Assembly: GCA_045605285.1 (NCBI GenBank)
Contig: JAZUPR010000019.1
Span: 1-35,878, forward strand
From: Clostridia bacterium
GTDB lineage: Bacteria > Bacillota > Clostridia > UMGS1810
DNA length: 35,878 nt
Reading direction: 5' to 3'
In this document: one piece after another, positions 1-10,882 of the stretch
How the letters are laid out: every line of letters starts with the position of its first letter
Numbering within the stretch: position 1 is the stretch's first letter
The notes under the pieces: generated by a model
Seen by the model: the letters and a program-made list of their open reading frames with translations, nothing else
Databases searched by the model: none
What the model was told of the DNA's origin: nothing
Position numbers and translations under genes: made by a program

Positions 1-260
1 TCAAGGGTGGTATCCAGCACATTTACAGGATATGATGCACAAATGTCAAAATCAGAAAAATTGACTTCCTTGAGGTAGTTGTAAAACACAGTTGCATGTG
101 CCTGTTCTTGCTTTGCAGTAAGGTGAAAGAGCTTTGCGATAGCAAAATATCCATCGCTTCTTGCTTTCTCGGCAGAGATATCATATCTGTTTCTTGCCTG
201 ACTCTCTCCTGCAAACGCTCTCATTAAATTGATTTTTGTTTCACTACTTTCAAAATTCAA
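1..260 (-). CDS. rubrerythrin-family (ferritin-like diiron) protein, N-terminal part only; runs off the left edge
   Basis: Own minus-strand translation; it is absent from the ORF track because it has no stop in the window. TTG(260)-NFESSETKINLMRAFAGESQARNRYDISAEKARSDGYFAIAKLFHLTAKQEQAHATVFYNYLKE... AFAGESQARNRY plus E-x-x-H (EQAH) is the first diiron helix-pair signature of rubrerythrins. GGAGGTG lies 5 nt upstream of the TTG. The in-frame ATG at 224 has no RBS. Confidence 0.7.
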   Translation of the reverse strand, partial: MNFESSETKINLMRAFAGESQARNRYDISAEKARSDGYFAIAKLFHLTAKQEQAHATVFYNYLKEVNFSDFDICASYPVNVLDTTL

Positions 261-324
261 AAAAACACCTCCACATATAATAGAAATCTATCCTATTATT
301 TCCTGCTTTGGTGTTTTTTATACA

Positions 325-1728
325 CTATCTTAAATATTCTCTTATAACCTCTCTGGCAATAGGAGCTGCCACAGAGCCTCCGTATCCTGCATATTCAAGA
401 ACAACGCTGACCGCAATCTCCGGGTCATCATAAGGAGCAAAGCCAATAAATGTGGCGTGTGTTTTGCTTTTATCTTCATTGGTCTTTTCATTTTCTGCAG
501 TACCCGTTTTACCGCAAACCTTTATACCGCCTATTGCTGCGGCAGTACCTGTTCCCGAGCGAACTGTCTCATACATCAAATCCTTGATGCTCTGTGCAAC
601 TTCTGAGCTTACAGGCTGTGCAATATTTTCCTGTATTGTCTTGTAAACAGTTTTATGGTCATCTGAAACTTTTGATACAATATAGGGTTTTGGCATATAG
701 CCATCGTTGGCAATTGCCGATGCCACAAGAGCCAGATGTAAAGGTGTGGAAAGGGTTTTTCCCTGACCTATTGAAGAAATGGCTCTGTCCAGTTCTCCCG
801 CACCCGTCTCAAACTTACTTTTGTTATATGGAAAATCAAAATCAGTTTTTTCACCAAACATAAATCTACCCGCAATATCCTCGTGAAGCTTTTTATCAAT
901 ACGAGAACCCATAGATGCATAATACACATTAGAAGATTTTACAAAACCTTTATTGAGGTCTGTTTCTCCATATATTTTTCCGCTGTCATTTGAAATATCT
1001 TTATCTCCAAGATGAATTTTTCCGTCTGCATCGCTTACCATTTCAAGTTCGAGACCGTTTTCCAATATAAGCGAAGACGTTATCACCTTATACGTAGAGC
1101 CTGGCGGGTAAAGACCCATTGTGGCTCTTGTAAGAAAAGTCGAAGACTGACTATTGGTAAGCTTTTCCCAGTTTTCAGAAAGTGAATCAGGCGAAGGGTC
1201 AAAATCAGGCATACTTACCATAGCCAAAATTTCTCCTGTTTTTGGATTCATAGCAACAAGTGCTCCTGTATATCTTTTCATAAGAGAAGAAGCCTTTTTT
1301 TGCAGATTATGGTCTATGGTCAATGTCAGGTCATCGCCTTTCTTTAATTTGGAATCTGAAAACATATCAAATCCAAGAAAACCTGAAATATTATTTTTTC
1401 CAAGCAAATCCTGATTATACTGCTTTTCTATGAGTGATTTTCCATACTGAGGTGAGGAATATCCGATTACATGGGAATAAAGATTTTTATATGGATAATA
1501 TCTTTTTTGTGAATTTCCGTCTGTTTCACTGTAAGCAAGGACTGTGCCCTTTCTGTCATAGATAGTTCCCCGAAGAATTTTTGCTTCTTTTGCGATATTT
1601 CGCTGATTATAGTTGCTCTCAGTATAGTCGTCCTGATAGTAAATATTAATTGTAGTGAGATATCCAATTAAAAGCAAAAACAGTATTGAAAAAAATGCCA
1701 ATATAACTGTTACTTTTTTATTATTCAT
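325..1728 (-). CDS. class B penicillin-binding protein / peptidoglycan D,D-transpeptidase (FtsI/PBP2 family), 467 aa
   Basis: N-terminal membrane anchor (VTVILAFFSILFLLLIGYL). Has the three penicilloyl-serine transferase motifs SxxK (STYK), SxN (SSN) and KTG (KTGT). AAGGTGAT RBS; the start is 14 nt after the yigZ-like stop. Confidence 0.9.
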   Translation of the reverse strand: MNNKKVTVILAFFSILFLLLIGYLTTINIYYQDDYTESNYNQRNIAKEAKILRGTIYDRKGTVLAYSETDGNSQKRYYPYKNLYSHVIGYSSPQYGKSLIEKQYNQDLLGKNNISGFLGFDMFSDSKLKKGDDLTLTIDHNLQKKASSLMKRYTGALVAMNPKTGEILAMVSMPDFDPSPDSLSENWEKLTNSQSSTFLTRATMGLYPPGSTYKVITSSLILENGLELEMVSDADGKIHLGDKDISNDSGKIYGETDLNKGFVKSSNVYYASMGSRIDKKLHEDIAGRFMFGEKTDFDFPYNKSKFETGAGELDRAISSIGQGKTLSTPLHLALVASAIANDGYMPKPYIVSKVSDDHKTVYKTIQENIAQPVSSEVAQSIKDLMYETVRSGTGTAAAIGGIKVCGKTGTAENEKTNEDKSKTHATFIGFAPYDDPEIAVSVVLEYAGYGGSVAAPIAREVIREYLR

Positions 1729-1742
1729 TATCCAATCACCTT

Positions 1743-2363
1743 TTATCTGTAGGTTTGTTCAAAAAACTGGATGGTTGCTGAATTGCCCATTTTTTCAGAA
1801 ACATCTGATACAAATTTTTCGGCATCTTCTGATTTGATATACACCTTAAGGGTAACATCGGATGAGAAAATTTTTTCTCCCATATCTGCCCCGTGCTGTC
1901 TGATTGTATATTCCAGAGTGGAAAGATTTGAATACGGAACAGTGACAATATACACATTTGCCATCTGCAGAACCTTTACCCCTGAGTGTTCGAGACCTGT
2001 CTTGGCACTGAGCGTATATGCGCGGGCAAGACCACCTGTTCCAAGGAGAGTGCCACCAAAATATCTGGTTACAACACACACTACATCTGTGACATGTTCA
2101 CCCTCGAGCATCTGCATAATGGGAACTCCGGCTGTTTTTGACGGTTCTCCGTCATCAGAGCATTTTTTTACAGAGCCATCGCCTATGATATATGCATAGA
2201 CATTGTGACGGGCATCATAATATTTCTTTTTAATCTGTTTTATAAATTCCAGAGCTTCCTCTTCGCTTTCTATATGCTTCATATTACATATAAAACGGGA
2301 TTTTTTTTCAACAATTTCACTCTCTGATTGCTTATCTACAGATATATAAATGTTCTGGTCCAT
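1743..2363 (-). CDS. yigZ: YigZ / IMPACT-family protein (UPF0029), 206 aa
   Basis: KKSRFI..., DARHNVYAY, SDDGEPSKTAGVP and RYFGGTLLGTGGLARAY align with the conserved blocks of E. coli YigZ. Confidence 0.85.
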   Translation of the reverse strand: MDQNIYISVDKQSESEIVEKKSRFICNMKHIESEEEALEFIKQIKKKYYDARHNVYAYIIGDGSVKKCSDDGEPSKTAGVPIMQMLEGEHVTDVVCVVTRYFGGTLLGTGGLARAYTLSAKTGLEHSGVKVLQMANVYIVTVPYSNLSTLEYTIRQHGADMGEKIFSSDVTLKVYIKSEDAEKFVSDVSEKMGNSATIQFFEQTYR

Positions 2364-2376
2364 TTATTTTCCCCTC

Positions 2377-2412
2377 AAAACAAACAACCGTCTATAAATA
2401 GACAGTTGTTTG
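2377..2412 (-). terminator. rho-independent terminator/attenuator after the 135-aa P-loop gene, directly abutting the yigZ RBS
   Basis: Minus-strand RNA: CAAACAACUGUCUA-UUUA-UAGACGGUUGUUUG (14 bp with one G.U) followed by UUUUGAGGGG. Confidence 0.6.
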
Positions 2413-2419
2413 AAAAATG

Positions 2420-2827
2420 TTATATTATGTATTTGTGTATTCCCTCGGGAAGTTCAGTCTTATCAGCACTGATACTTACTGTGAATTTTACATTCTTTGC
2501 ATTACTTATTTTTTCAATTGCCTCTATAAAACCTTCAAGATTTTCATCTTCGGAAACAATCTTTAACAAGCTGTCAATATAAATATGTGTTATATCATAA
2601 TTCTGAGCAAGAATACCATTGATAAAGCTTAAAAACAATCTGAAATCAGCATGATCATACTCATTGATATCGATAAGTCTTACAGAATGATTGATATCAA
2701 AAAGATGTCTTGTACCATTGCAAATAAATATTACATCACCCTGCTCTGTAGCTTTTGCATTGTTTGCAGATTCAATAATAGCCTTTGTTTTTCCGGTACC
2801 TTTTTTTCCTACTATTAAATTAATCAT
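2420..2827 (-). CDS. small stand-alone P-loop NTPase, 135 aa, function unknown
   Basis: Walker A GKKGTGKT at residues 8-15 and a Walker-B-like hhhhD (THIYIDS). The start moves to the internal ATG (MINLIVG...) because GAGGAGG lies 8 nt upstream. The track start at 2869 has no RBS. Confidence 0.65.
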   Translation of the reverse strand: MINLIVGKKGTGKTKAIIESANNAKATEQGDVIFICNGTRHLFDINHSVRLIDINEYDHADFRLFLSFINGILAQNYDITHIYIDSLLKIVSEDENLEGFIEAIEKISNAKNVKFTVSISADKTELPEGIHKYII

Positions 2828-2935
2828 TGCAAATTCCTCCTCAATAATTTTTACTTTTTCATAAAGCACAATGCTCTTTTATTAATTATACAACAAAACA
2901 ACCCCAACTGCAAGGACAAATTAATAATATTTTAT

Positions 2936-2975
2936 AAAAAAACAAAAAAGAGCTCGATTTTATAAATCGAACTCT
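2936..2975 (-). terminator. rho-independent terminator downstream of rpoC
   Basis: Minus-strand RNA: AGAGUUCGAUUU-AUA-AAAUCGAGCUCU (12 bp with one G.U) followed by UUUUUUGUUUUUUU. Confidence 0.8.
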
Positions 2976-2983
2976 TTTTGATG

Positions 2984-5900
2984 TTATTTAATGTCCATAT
3001 AGTCCTCACCGGAAGAAATGATTGGTGTAACCACTTCCACATTATGATATGTGCCAAGTCCGGTACCCGCAGGTATAAGTTTACCAATGATAACATTTTC
3101 CTTAAGACCAATGAGTGGATCCTTTTTACCTTTAATAGCCGCATCTGTAAGAACTCTGGTTGTTTCCTGGAATGATGCTGCTGATAAGAAAGAATCTGTA
3201 GCAAGAGCAGTCTTGGTAATACCGAGAAGTACTCTTGAACACTCAGGAAGATTTCCGCCTGATTCTTCTGCCTTATTGTATGCATCCATAAACTCTGCTC
3301 TGTCTATAACAGAACCTACGAGCAGATTTGTATCGCCGGGTTCTTCTACCCTGACTTTTCTAATCATCTGACGAACGATAACCTCTATATGCTTATCATT
3401 GATATCGATACCCTGGAGACGATATACTCTCTGAACTTCCTGAATGAGATAATCTGTAACCGCTTTGATACCAACATCGCCAACAGCACCCATAACTCGG
3501 AGTAAATCCTGTGGATAAATAGAACCTTCTGTAAGTTCCTGACCAAGTTCTACCTGTGTACCGTCAGCAATCTTAACTCTTGAACCATAAGGAATAAGAT
3601 ATGGATGTGTAACACCGTCTTCGTCGGTGATAACAACCTCTCTCTTTTTCTTAGTTTCTTCAATCTTAGCCACACCTGCCTGCTCTGCAATAATTGCAAC
3701 GCCCTTAGGTTTACGAGCTTCAAAAAGCTCCTCGACTCTAGGAAGACCCTGTGTGATATCCTCTCCGGCAACACCACCGGTGTGGAATGTTCTCATGGTA
3801 AGCTGTGTACCAGGCTCACCAATAGACTGTGCAGCAATGATACCAACAGATTCACCGACATCAACAAGATTTCCTGTTGAAAGGTTTGAACCATAACATT
3901 TTGCACACACACCAATTCTTGCCTGACAGGTAAGAATACTTCTGATTTTTGCTTCAGTAACACCTGCAGCAACAACTCTGTCTGCATCATCTTCACTTAT
4001 AAGCTGACCTTGTGCAACCACAAGCTCACCTGTAGAAGGATTTACGATATCTTCTCTAGAAGTTCTGCCTACAAGTCTGTCTCTGAAGGATTCTATAACC
4101 TCATTGCCATCTGCAATAGATTTAGCCACGATATAGTCATCTGTACCACAGTCAATTTCACGGATAATAACATCCTGAGATACATCGACAAGTCTTCTTG
4201 TAAGGTAACCTGAGTCAGCTGTTCTAAGAGCTGTATCGGCAAGGCCCTTACGTGCACCGTGTGTAGAGATAAAGTATTCGAGAACGTTAAGACCTTCTCT
4301 GAAGTTTGCCTTGATAGGAATCTCGATAGCTCTACCTGATGTATCTGCCATAAGACCTCGCATACCGGCAAGCTGTTTAATCTGGTCCTTACTACCACGG
4401 GCTCCTGATGTAGCCATCATATAGATAGGATTGTACTGGTCAAGACCTTCCATAAGAGCGTCAGAAATGTCGTCAACAGCATTGTTCCATGCAGTGATAA
4501 CATGGCCATATCTTTCCTCATCAGAGATAAGACCTCTCTTATAGAGTTTTACAATCTTGTCTACTTCTGCCTGAGCAGCGTCAAGAATTTCCTGTTTCTT
4601 ATCAGGGATAATCATATCATTAACGCTGATAGTGATAGCACTCTTTGTAGAGAATCTGTAACCAAGATCTTTTATTTTATCGAGAACTCCTGCAGTAACA
4701 CTTGTTCCGTGAGCTCTGATACATTTATCAAAGATAATTCCGAGTCCTTTTTTGTTTGCCACAAAGGACATGCCTATTTCAAGCGGCAAAGGACCTTCTT
4801 TTGCTCTGTCTACAAGACCTATATCCTGAGGGATATCCTCGTTGAATATAATCTTACCTGCAGTAGCATCTATAATGCCTTCGTATTCCTTGCCATCTAC
4901 TATAACTTTGTTTACAACCTTGATTGGTGCATGAAGTCCGAGAACTCCGTTGTCATAAGCCATACGAACTTCGTCAAAGCTGGTAAAGAATTTGCCTTCT
5001 CCCGCTTCACCCTCGAAGCATCCTTCTTCTGTAAAGGTAGCAGGCTTTTTGCCTTCTGCCTCAAGCTGTGCATTAATCTGGGCAAGAGACGGGCCGCTTG
5101 TGATAGCTTTTTTGTTATTTGTATTAAATTCCTGTTTGCTGAGATAGCATACGATATCTCCAGCTTCAAAGCCTGAATCGCCAGGATCAAGAATTTTTAC
5201 TTCCTTTGGCTTAAGTATAGTCAGGCAGTATGAACCAAGTACCATATCCTGTGTAGGAACAGTAACAGGTTTTCCGTCCTGAGGTTTAAGCAGGTTATTT
5301 GCAGAAAGCATAAGGAATCTTGCCTCTGCCTGCGCTTCAGGTGAAAGAGGAACGTGAACAGCCATCTGGTCTCCGTCGAAGTCGGCGTTAAACGCAGTAC
5401 ATACGAGAGGATGAAGTCTGATAGCTCTTCCCTCAACAAGAATAGGCTCGAATGCCTGTATACCAAGTCTGTGAAGTGTAGGTGCACGGTTGAGGAATAC
5501 AGGATGCTCTCTGATAACCTCTTCAAGTACATCCCAAACCTCTGTCTGACCTCTTTCTACCATTCTCTTTGCACTCTTAACATTATGACAGATACCATCA
5601 CTTACAAGCTTATGCATTACAAATGGCTTGAAAAGCTCAAGTGCCATCTCTTTTGGAAGACCACACTGGTAAATCTTAAGGTCAGGACCTACAACGATAA
5701 CGGAACGTCCTGAATAGTCAACTCGTTTACCGAGAAGGTTCTGACGGAAACGACCCTGTTTACCTTTAAGCATATCGGAAAGAGATTTGAGTGGTCTATT
5801 TCCAGGACCTGTAACTGCTCTTCCCCTTCTGCCGTTGTCTATAAGTGCATCGACAGCCTCCTGGAGCATTCTCTTTTCGTTTCTGACAATAATGTCAGGA

Positions 5901-6730
5901 GCTTCAAGCTCAAGAAGTCTCTTGAGTCGGTTATTTCTGTTTATAACTCTTCTGTATAGGTCATTAAGGTCTGATGTTGCAAATCTGCCACCGTCAAGCT
6001 GAACCATAGGTCTGATTTCAGGTGCAATAACAGGAACAACATCCATAATCATCCATTCAGGTTTATTTCCTGAAAGACGGAATGCCTCTACTACCTCAAG
6101 TCTTTTTGCAATTCTGATTTTTTTCTGTCCCTGTGAAGCTTCAAGCTCTTCTTTAAGTTCGATAGAGAGTTTTTCAAGGTCTATGTCCATGAGAAGCTTT
6201 TTAATAGCCTCTGCACCCATACCTGCCTTAAATGCATCACTGCCGAATTTATCGATATTATCTCTATATTCCTTTTCTGAAAGAACAGTTTTATAAGGAA
6301 GTGAAGATTCTCCCGGATCGGTAACGATATATGATGCAAAATAAAGAATTTTTTCAAGAATTCTTGGGCTTATATCAAGTATAAGTCCCATTCTGCTTGG
6401 GATGCCCTTAAAGTACCAGATGTGTGATACAGGAGCTGCAAGTTCAATATGTCCCATTCTTTCTCTTCTTACTTTTGCACGGGTAACTTCTACGCCACAA
6501 CGGTCACATATAATACCCTTGTAACGAATTCTCTTATACTTACCACAGTAACATTCCCAATCCTTTGTTGGTCCGAAAATCTTTTCACAGAAAAGTCCGT
6601 CCCTCTCAGGCTTGAGTGTACGATAGTTTATAGTCTCCGGTTTTTTAACCTCTCCATGAGACCATTCTCTGATTTTTTCAGGAGAAGCCAAACCAATTTT
6701 TATTGCTGCAAAATTATTAAATTCTGACAT
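2984..6730 (-). CDS. rpoC: DNA-directed RNA polymerase subunit beta-prime, 1248 aa
   Basis: Zn-finger [23 protein letters not shown] and catalytic [12 protein letters not shown], with collinear beta-prime blocks throughout. Start set at MSEFNNF (ATG 6730) with AAGGAGGG upstream. The track's 15-codon extension overlaps the rpoB stop region. Confidence 0.97.
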   Translation of the reverse strand: MSEFNNFAAIKIGLASPEKIREWSHGEVKKPETINYRTLKPERDGLFCEKIFGPTKDWECYCGKYKRIRYKGIICDRCGVEVTRAKVRRERMGHIELAAPVSHIWYFKGIPSRMGLILDISPRILEKILYFASYIVTDPGESSLPYKTVLSEKEYRDNIDKFGSDAFKAGMGAEAIKKLLMDIDLEKLSIELKEELEASQGQKKIRIAKRLEVVEAFRLSGNKPEWMIMDVVPVIAPEIRPMVQLDGGRFATSDLNDLYRRVINRNNRLKRLLELEAPDIIVRNEKRMLQEAVDALIDNGRRGRAVTGPGNRPLKSLSDMLKGKQGRFRQNLLGKRVDYSGRSVIVVGPDLKIYQCGLPKEMALELFKPFVMHKLVSDGICHNVKSAKRMVERGQTEVWDVLEEVIREHPVFLNRAPTLHRLGIQAFEPILVEGRAIRLHPLVCTAFNADFDGDQMAVHVPLSPEAQAEARFLMLSANNLLKPQDGKPVTVPTQDMVLGSYCLTILKPKEVKILDPGDSGFEAGDIVCYLSKQEFNTNNKKAITSGPSLAQINAQLEAEGKKPATFTEEGCFEGEAGEGKFFTSFDEVRMAYDNGVLGLHAPIKVVNKVIVDGKEYEGIIDATAGKIIFNEDIPQDIGLVDRAKEGPLPLEIGMSFVANKKGLGIIFDKCIRAHGTSVTAGVLDKIKDLGYRFSTKSAITISVNDMIIPDKKQEILDAAQAEVDKIVKLYKRGLISDEERYGHVITAWNNAVDDISDALMEGLDQYNPIYMMATSGARGSKDQIKQLAGMRGLMADTSGRAIEIPIKANFREGLNVLEYFISTHGARKGLADTALRTADSGYLTRRLVDVSQDVIIREIDCGTDDYIVAKSIADGNEVIESFRDRLVGRTSREDIVNPSTGELVVAQGQLISEDDADRVVAAGVTEAKIRSILTCQARIGVCAKCYGSNLSTGNLVDVGESVGIIAAQSIGEPGTQLTMRTFHTGGVAGEDITQGLPRVEELFEARKPKGVAIIAEQAGVAKIEETKKKREVVITDEDGVTHPYLIPYGSRVKIADGTQVELGQELTEGSIYPQDLLRVMGAVGDVGIKAVTDYLIQEVQRVYRLQGIDINDKHIEVIVRQMIRKVRVEEPGDTNLLVGSVIDRAEFMDAYNKAEESGGNLPECSRVLLGITKTALATDSFLSAASFQETTRVLTDAAIKGKKDPLIGLKENVIIGKLIPAGTGLGTYHNVEVVTPIISSGEDYMDIK

Positions 6731-6743
6731 ATAGCTTCCCTCC

Positions 6744-9700
6744 TTAATTATCATCGCCAAACAAGTCGGCGTCATCTATACTGCTGTCGATATCGTCAAC
6801 GTCTTCAAATGCGTCGATATCTTCTGTGTCCAATATATCCGGCTCTATGACATCATCAAGTGACATAGAAATTTCATCTGATGCATCATCTGAATCCATA
6901 TCGAAGTCAAAATCAGAAAGGATATTTCCAAAGAGGTCTTTTGCCTTATCCTCTTCTTCCTGTTCTTTCTTTTTATCTTCATCGTCAAGATTCATCATTT
7001 CGTAATCATCAAATTTTACCATTCTTACATCTGATTCGTCTTCGTCCAGATCTTCTTTAATTGCAATTTCATTATCATAATCATCAAGAACCTTAACATC
7101 GAGTCCAAGACTCTGAAGCTCTTTGATTAGTACCTTGAATGACTCAGGAACACCTGATTTAGGAACATTCTCACCCTTAACGATGCTTTCGTAGGTCTTG
7201 ACACGGCCAACGATATCGTCAGACTTAACAGTAAGAATTTCCTGGGGAGTATATGCAGCACCATAAGCCTCGAGTGCCCAAACCTCCATCTCTCCGAATC
7301 TCTGTCCACCAAACTGAGCTTTACCGCCGAGAGGCTGCTGAGTTACGAGTGAGTAAGGACCTGTTGAACGAGCGTGAATCTTATCGTCAACAAGGTGATG
7401 AAGTTTAAGGTAGTACATATATCCAACAGTAACAGGTGAATCAAACGGCATACCTGTTCTACCGTCATAAAGCACAGTTTTACCATCTGGGGTATATCCC
7501 GCTTTGGTAAGAGCCTCGGTAATATCTTTTTCTGTAGCACCGTCAAATACAGGAGTTGCTATCTTCCAGCCGAGAGCTTTGGCAGCATATCCGAGGTGAA
7601 CCTCAAGAACCTGTCCAATGTTCATACGAGAAGGTACGCCCAATGGATTAAGCACAATCTGAAGTGGTGTACCGTCAGGAAGGAAAGGCATATCTTCTTC
7701 AGGAAGAATTCTGGAAATAACACCTTTGTTACCGTGACGACCAGCCATTTTATCTCCAACTGATACTTTTCTCTTCTGAGCTATATAGCATCTTACAAGC
7801 TGATTTACTCCAGGTGGGAGTTCATCGCCATTTTCTCTTGTAAATATTTTTACATCTACAACTATACCTGACTCACCGTGAGGTACTCTAAGTGATGTGT
7901 CTCTTACATCTCTTGCTTTTTCACCGAATATTGCACGGAGAAGTCTTTCTTCTGCGCTGAGTTCTGTTTCACCCTTTGGTGTAACTTTACCAACGAGGAT
8001 ATCTCCGCTTCTGACTTCGGCACCGATTCTTACGATACCTCTTTCATCAATATCTTTAAGTGCATCTTCACCGAGATTTGAAATATCTCTTGTGATTTCT
8101 TCTGCACCAAGTTTGGTGTCTCTTGCTTCACATTCATATTCTTCTATATGGATAGATGTGAATACATCTTCTTTAACAAGTCTTTCATTGATAAGGACAG
8201 CATCCTCGTAGTTATAACCTTCCCATGTCATAAAGCCAATGAGAATGTTTTTACCAAGAGCAAGTTCTCCGTTACAGGTTGAAGGACCGTCGGCGATAAT
8301 ATCGCCTTTTTTAATCTTTTCGCCGTTTTCTACAATCGGGCGCTGATTGATACAGGTGCTCTGGTTGGAACGGAGGAATTTTGTGAGCTTATATACTCTT
8401 TCCTGACCGTTTTTCTCAAGAACAGTAATTCTGTCTGCACCTACTTTTTTAACAACACCGTCTTCCTGTGCAATTACACACACGCCGGAGTCTTTTGCTG
8501 CACGATATTCCATGCCTGTGCCGACAATAGGTGATTCTGTCTTAAGGAGCGGCACTGCCTGACGCTGCATGTTAGAACCCATGAGTGCACGAACCGCGTC
8601 GTCATTTTCGAGGAATGGTATAAGAGCTGTAGCAACAGAAACAATCTGCTGAGGTGAAACGTCAACATAGTCAACCTGATTTGGCTCAACCTCAAGGAAC
8701 TCGTCTCTGTATCTTACGATAACTTTTTTATTTACAAACTGTCCGTTTTCATCAAGTTTTTCACTGGCAGGAGCAACTTTATAGTTGTCCTCTGTATCAG
8801 CTGTCATATATTCTATGATATCTGTGGTACAGCATTTTTCTTTATCAAACTTTCTGTATGCAGCTTCAATGAAACCATATTCATTTACTCTTGCATAGGT
8901 GGAAAGTGAGTTGATAAGACCGATGTTAGGACCTTCAGGAGTCTCTATAGGACACATTCTGCCATAGTGTGAATGGTGAACGTCTCGAACTTCAAATCCC
9001 GCTCTTTCTCTGGAAAGACCGCCAGGTCCGAGAGCTGAAAGTCTTCTTTTATGTGTAAGCTCTGCAAGTGGGTTGTTCTGGTCCATAAACTGTGAAAGCT
9101 GTGATGAACCAAAGAACTCTTTGATTGCAGAAACTACAGGTCTTGAATTGATAAGGAGCTGTGGGGTAACTGTTGCAGGGTCCTGAGTAGTCATTCTTTC
9201 TCTTACAACTCTTTCAAGTCTTGCAAGACCAATTCTGAACTGATTCTGCAAAAGCTCTCCTACGCAACGGAGTCTTCTGTTTCCGAGATGGTCGATATCA
9301 TCTGTAGAACCGATACCGTATTCAAGATTGCAGTGATAGTTAATGGATGAAAGAATATCGTCTATGATAATGTGTTTTGGAACGAGTTCATCCATTCTAT
9401 GCATGAGCTGTTCTTTAATTTCAGCTTCATCCTCTGTGGAATCAAGGATTTCACGAAGAACGCTGTATTTAACCTTTTCGGTTATTTCAAGTTCGGAAAT
9501 ATCAAAGGATATAAAGTTCTTGATGTCTACCATGTCATTGGTAAAGAGTTTTATCTCCTTATTTCCTTCAACCTTAAGCCATACTGTGTTTATACCAGCA
9601 TTTTCCATAGCAAGAGCCTGGTCTGAAGATACAACATCGCCTGCTTTTCCGAGAACTTCACCTGTCTCAGGGTCTACAACATCTTTAGCGAGAACCTGAT

Positions 9701-10556
9701 TTTTAATTCTTGCTGCAAGAGCAAGTTTTTTATTGAATTTAAATCTTCCTACTTTTGATATATCATATCTTTTTGCATCAAAGAGAAGATTATTGATGAG
9801 TGTGGTTGCACTATCCACAGTAGGTGGCTCTCCCGGACGGAGTTTTTTGTATATCTCAATAAGAGCCTCTTCGGCGTTGGTTGTAAAGTCTTTTTCAAGT
9901 GTTGTGGCAATTTTCTCATCATAACCAAAGAGTTCAAGAATCTCAGGATTTGTATTAAATCCGAGCGCACGAATAAACACCGTTACAAGGAGTTTTCTGT
10001 TTCTGTCAATACGAACTGAGAAAATGTCGTTTGAATCAGTTTCATACTCGAGCCATGCTCCTCTGTTTGGTATAACGGTAGCGTTAAACAATTCTTTACC
10101 GAGCTTATCATGAGTCATATCGTAGTATATACCAGGTGAACGAACAACCTGGCTAACTATAACACGCTCTGCTCCATTGATAATGAATGTACCTGAATCA
10201 GTCATAAGCGGAAATTCGCCCATAAATATTTCCTGATCCTTTACTTCGTTGGTCTCAACATTGGTAAGTCTGACCTTGATTTTAAGGGGTTTGGAATACG
10301 TAGCGTCCCTGGACTTACATTCCTCAATTGAATATTTAGGTTCTTCCTCCAAATAATAATCCAAAAATTCAAGTTTCAGGTTACCGGAAAAATCGCTTAT
10401 TGGAGATACGTCTTTTAATACCTCTTTAAGACCTTTGTCGATGAACCATTGATATGAATCTTTTTGCACCTCAATTAAGTTTGGCATTTCCAAGATTTGT
10501 TCGGTTTTTGAATAACTCATTCTGTCATTCTTGCCAAGCTTGATAGGATGTACCAT
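6744..10556 (-). CDS. rpoB: DNA-directed RNA polymerase subunit beta, 1270 aa, with a long acidic C-terminal tail
   Basis: Conserved beta-subunit blocks ([47 protein letters not shown]). Start set at [10 protein letters not shown] (ATG 10556) with GAGGTGAG 7 nt upstream. Confidence 0.97.
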   Translation of the reverse strand: MVHPIKLGKNDRMSYSKTEQILEMPNLIEVQKDSYQWFIDKGLKEVLKDVSPISDFSGNLKLEFLDYYLEEEPKYSIEECKSRDATYSKPLKIKVRLTNVETNEVKDQEIFMGEFPLMTDSGTFIINGAERVIVSQVVRSPGIYYDMTHDKLGKELFNATVIPNRGAWLEYETDSNDIFSVRIDRNRKLLVTVFIRALGFNTNPEILELFGYDEKIATTLEKDFTTNAEEALIEIYKKLRPGEPPTVDSATTLINNLLFDAKRYDISKVGRFKFNKKLALAARIKNQVLAKDVVDPETGEVLGKAGDVVSSDQALAMENAGINTVWLKVEGNKEIKLFTNDMVDIKNFISFDISELEITEKVKYSVLREILDSTEDEAEIKEQLMHRMDELVPKHIIIDDILSSINYHCNLEYGIGSTDDIDHLGNRRLRCVGELLQNQFRIGLARLERVVRERMTTQDPATVTPQLLINSRPVVSAIKEFFGSSQLSQFMDQNNPLAELTHKRRLSALGPGGLSRERAGFEVRDVHHSHYGRMCPIETPEGPNIGLINSLSTYARVNEYGFIEAAYRKFDKEKCCTTDIIEYMTADTEDNYKVAPASEKLDENGQFVNKKVIVRYRDEFLEVEPNQVDYVDVSPQQIVSVATALIPFLENDDAVRALMGSNMQRQAVPLLKTESPIVGTGMEYRAAKDSGVCVIAQEDGVVKKVGADRITVLEKNGQERVYKLTKFLRSNQSTCINQRPIVENGEKIKKGDIIADGPSTCNGELALGKNILIGFMTWEGYNYEDAVLINERLVKEDVFTSIHIEEYECEARDTKLGAEEITRDISNLGEDALKDIDERGIVRIGAEVRSGDILVGKVTPKGETELSAEERLLRAIFGEKARDVRDTSLRVPHGESGIVVDVKIFTRENGDELPPGVNQLVRCYIAQKRKVSVGDKMAGRHGNKGVISRILPEEDMPFLPDGTPLQIVLNPLGVPSRMNIGQVLEVHLGYAAKALGWKIATPVFDGATEKDITEALTKAGYTPDGKTVLYDGRTGMPFDSPVTVGYMYYLKLHHLVDDKIHARSTGPYSLVTQQPLGGKAQFGGQRFGEMEVWALEAYGAAYTPQEILTVKSDDIVGRVKTYESIVKGENVPKSGVPESFKVLIKELQSLGLDVKVLDDYDNEIAIKEDLDEDESDVRMVKFDDYEMMNLDDEDKKKEQEEEDKAKDLFGNILSDFDFDMDSDDASDEISMSLDDVIEPDILDTEDIDAFEDVDDIDSSIDDADLFGDDN

Positions 10557-10723
10557 ATAATCACTCACCTCATCTAAAAATAATTGCAATTTAATGCAAA
10601 AAATGTACTTAATCAGTTTTAAAAAATCTCTGTTTTATCCAAAATTTGGTTTATGTAAACACATATTTATTGTGATATTGCACAACCAAAATCACATAAA
10701 AACTGATATAACTGCAATATACT

Positions 10724-10752
10724 ATATTATCATAGAGTTCAGTAATTGTCAA
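10724..10752 (-). promoter_or_regulatory. candidate sigma-A promoter for rpoBC
   Basis: Minus strand: TTGACA, 17 nt, TAATAT. It would give a 5' UTR of about 165 nt. Confidence 0.5.
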
Positions 10753-10822
10753 TACTTTTTTAAAAAAATATTTTTTTGATGTTTTTATCGCATTTTATCA
10801 TAAAAAGGAAAGGTTTTTTGAA

Positions 10823-10850
10823 CATATTTTTAAGCAGCCCCTCATAGTTA
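10823..10850 (+). promoter_or_regulatory. candidate sigma-E-type (mother-cell) promoter for spoIVA
   Basis: CATATT, 14 nt, CATAGTTA resembles the B. subtilis sigma-E consensus (-35 (T)CATATT, -10 CATACA-T). It lies about 35 nt upstream of the chosen start. Confidence 0.45.
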
Positions 10851-10882
10851 TGTACAAATCACAAATGTATGGAGGAATGTTT

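Noticed and set aside
23-214. 63-aa minus-strand ORF from the track at the left edge
   Set aside because: It is in the wrong frame. A different minus-strand frame over the same bases reads as a textbook rubrerythrin N-terminus with an RBS, so the 63-aa ORF is a shadow.
261-324. Nested hairpin (ACACC...GGTGT enclosing ATAATAG...CTATTAT) between the PBP stop and the rubrerythrin start that would occlude the rubrerythrin RBS
   Set aside because: The outer stem is only 5 bp with a loop of about 40 nt. The pairing is too weak to claim a terminator or a translational control element from sequence alone.
4502-5176. 224-aa plus-strand ORF, and many other 60-140-aa ORFs antisense or out of frame within rpoC, rpoB, yigZ, the PBP, the SLH genes, the ABC gene and others
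   Set aside because: They lie fully inside strongly supported genes and have no RBS. Their composition is low-complexity or Cys/Phe/Ser-rich, typical of shadow frames.
10594-10779. 61-aa plus-strand ORF in the rpoB/spoIVA intergenic region
   Set aside because: It is AT-rich with low-complexity translation and no RBS, and it overlaps the predicted rpoB promoter and 5' UTR.
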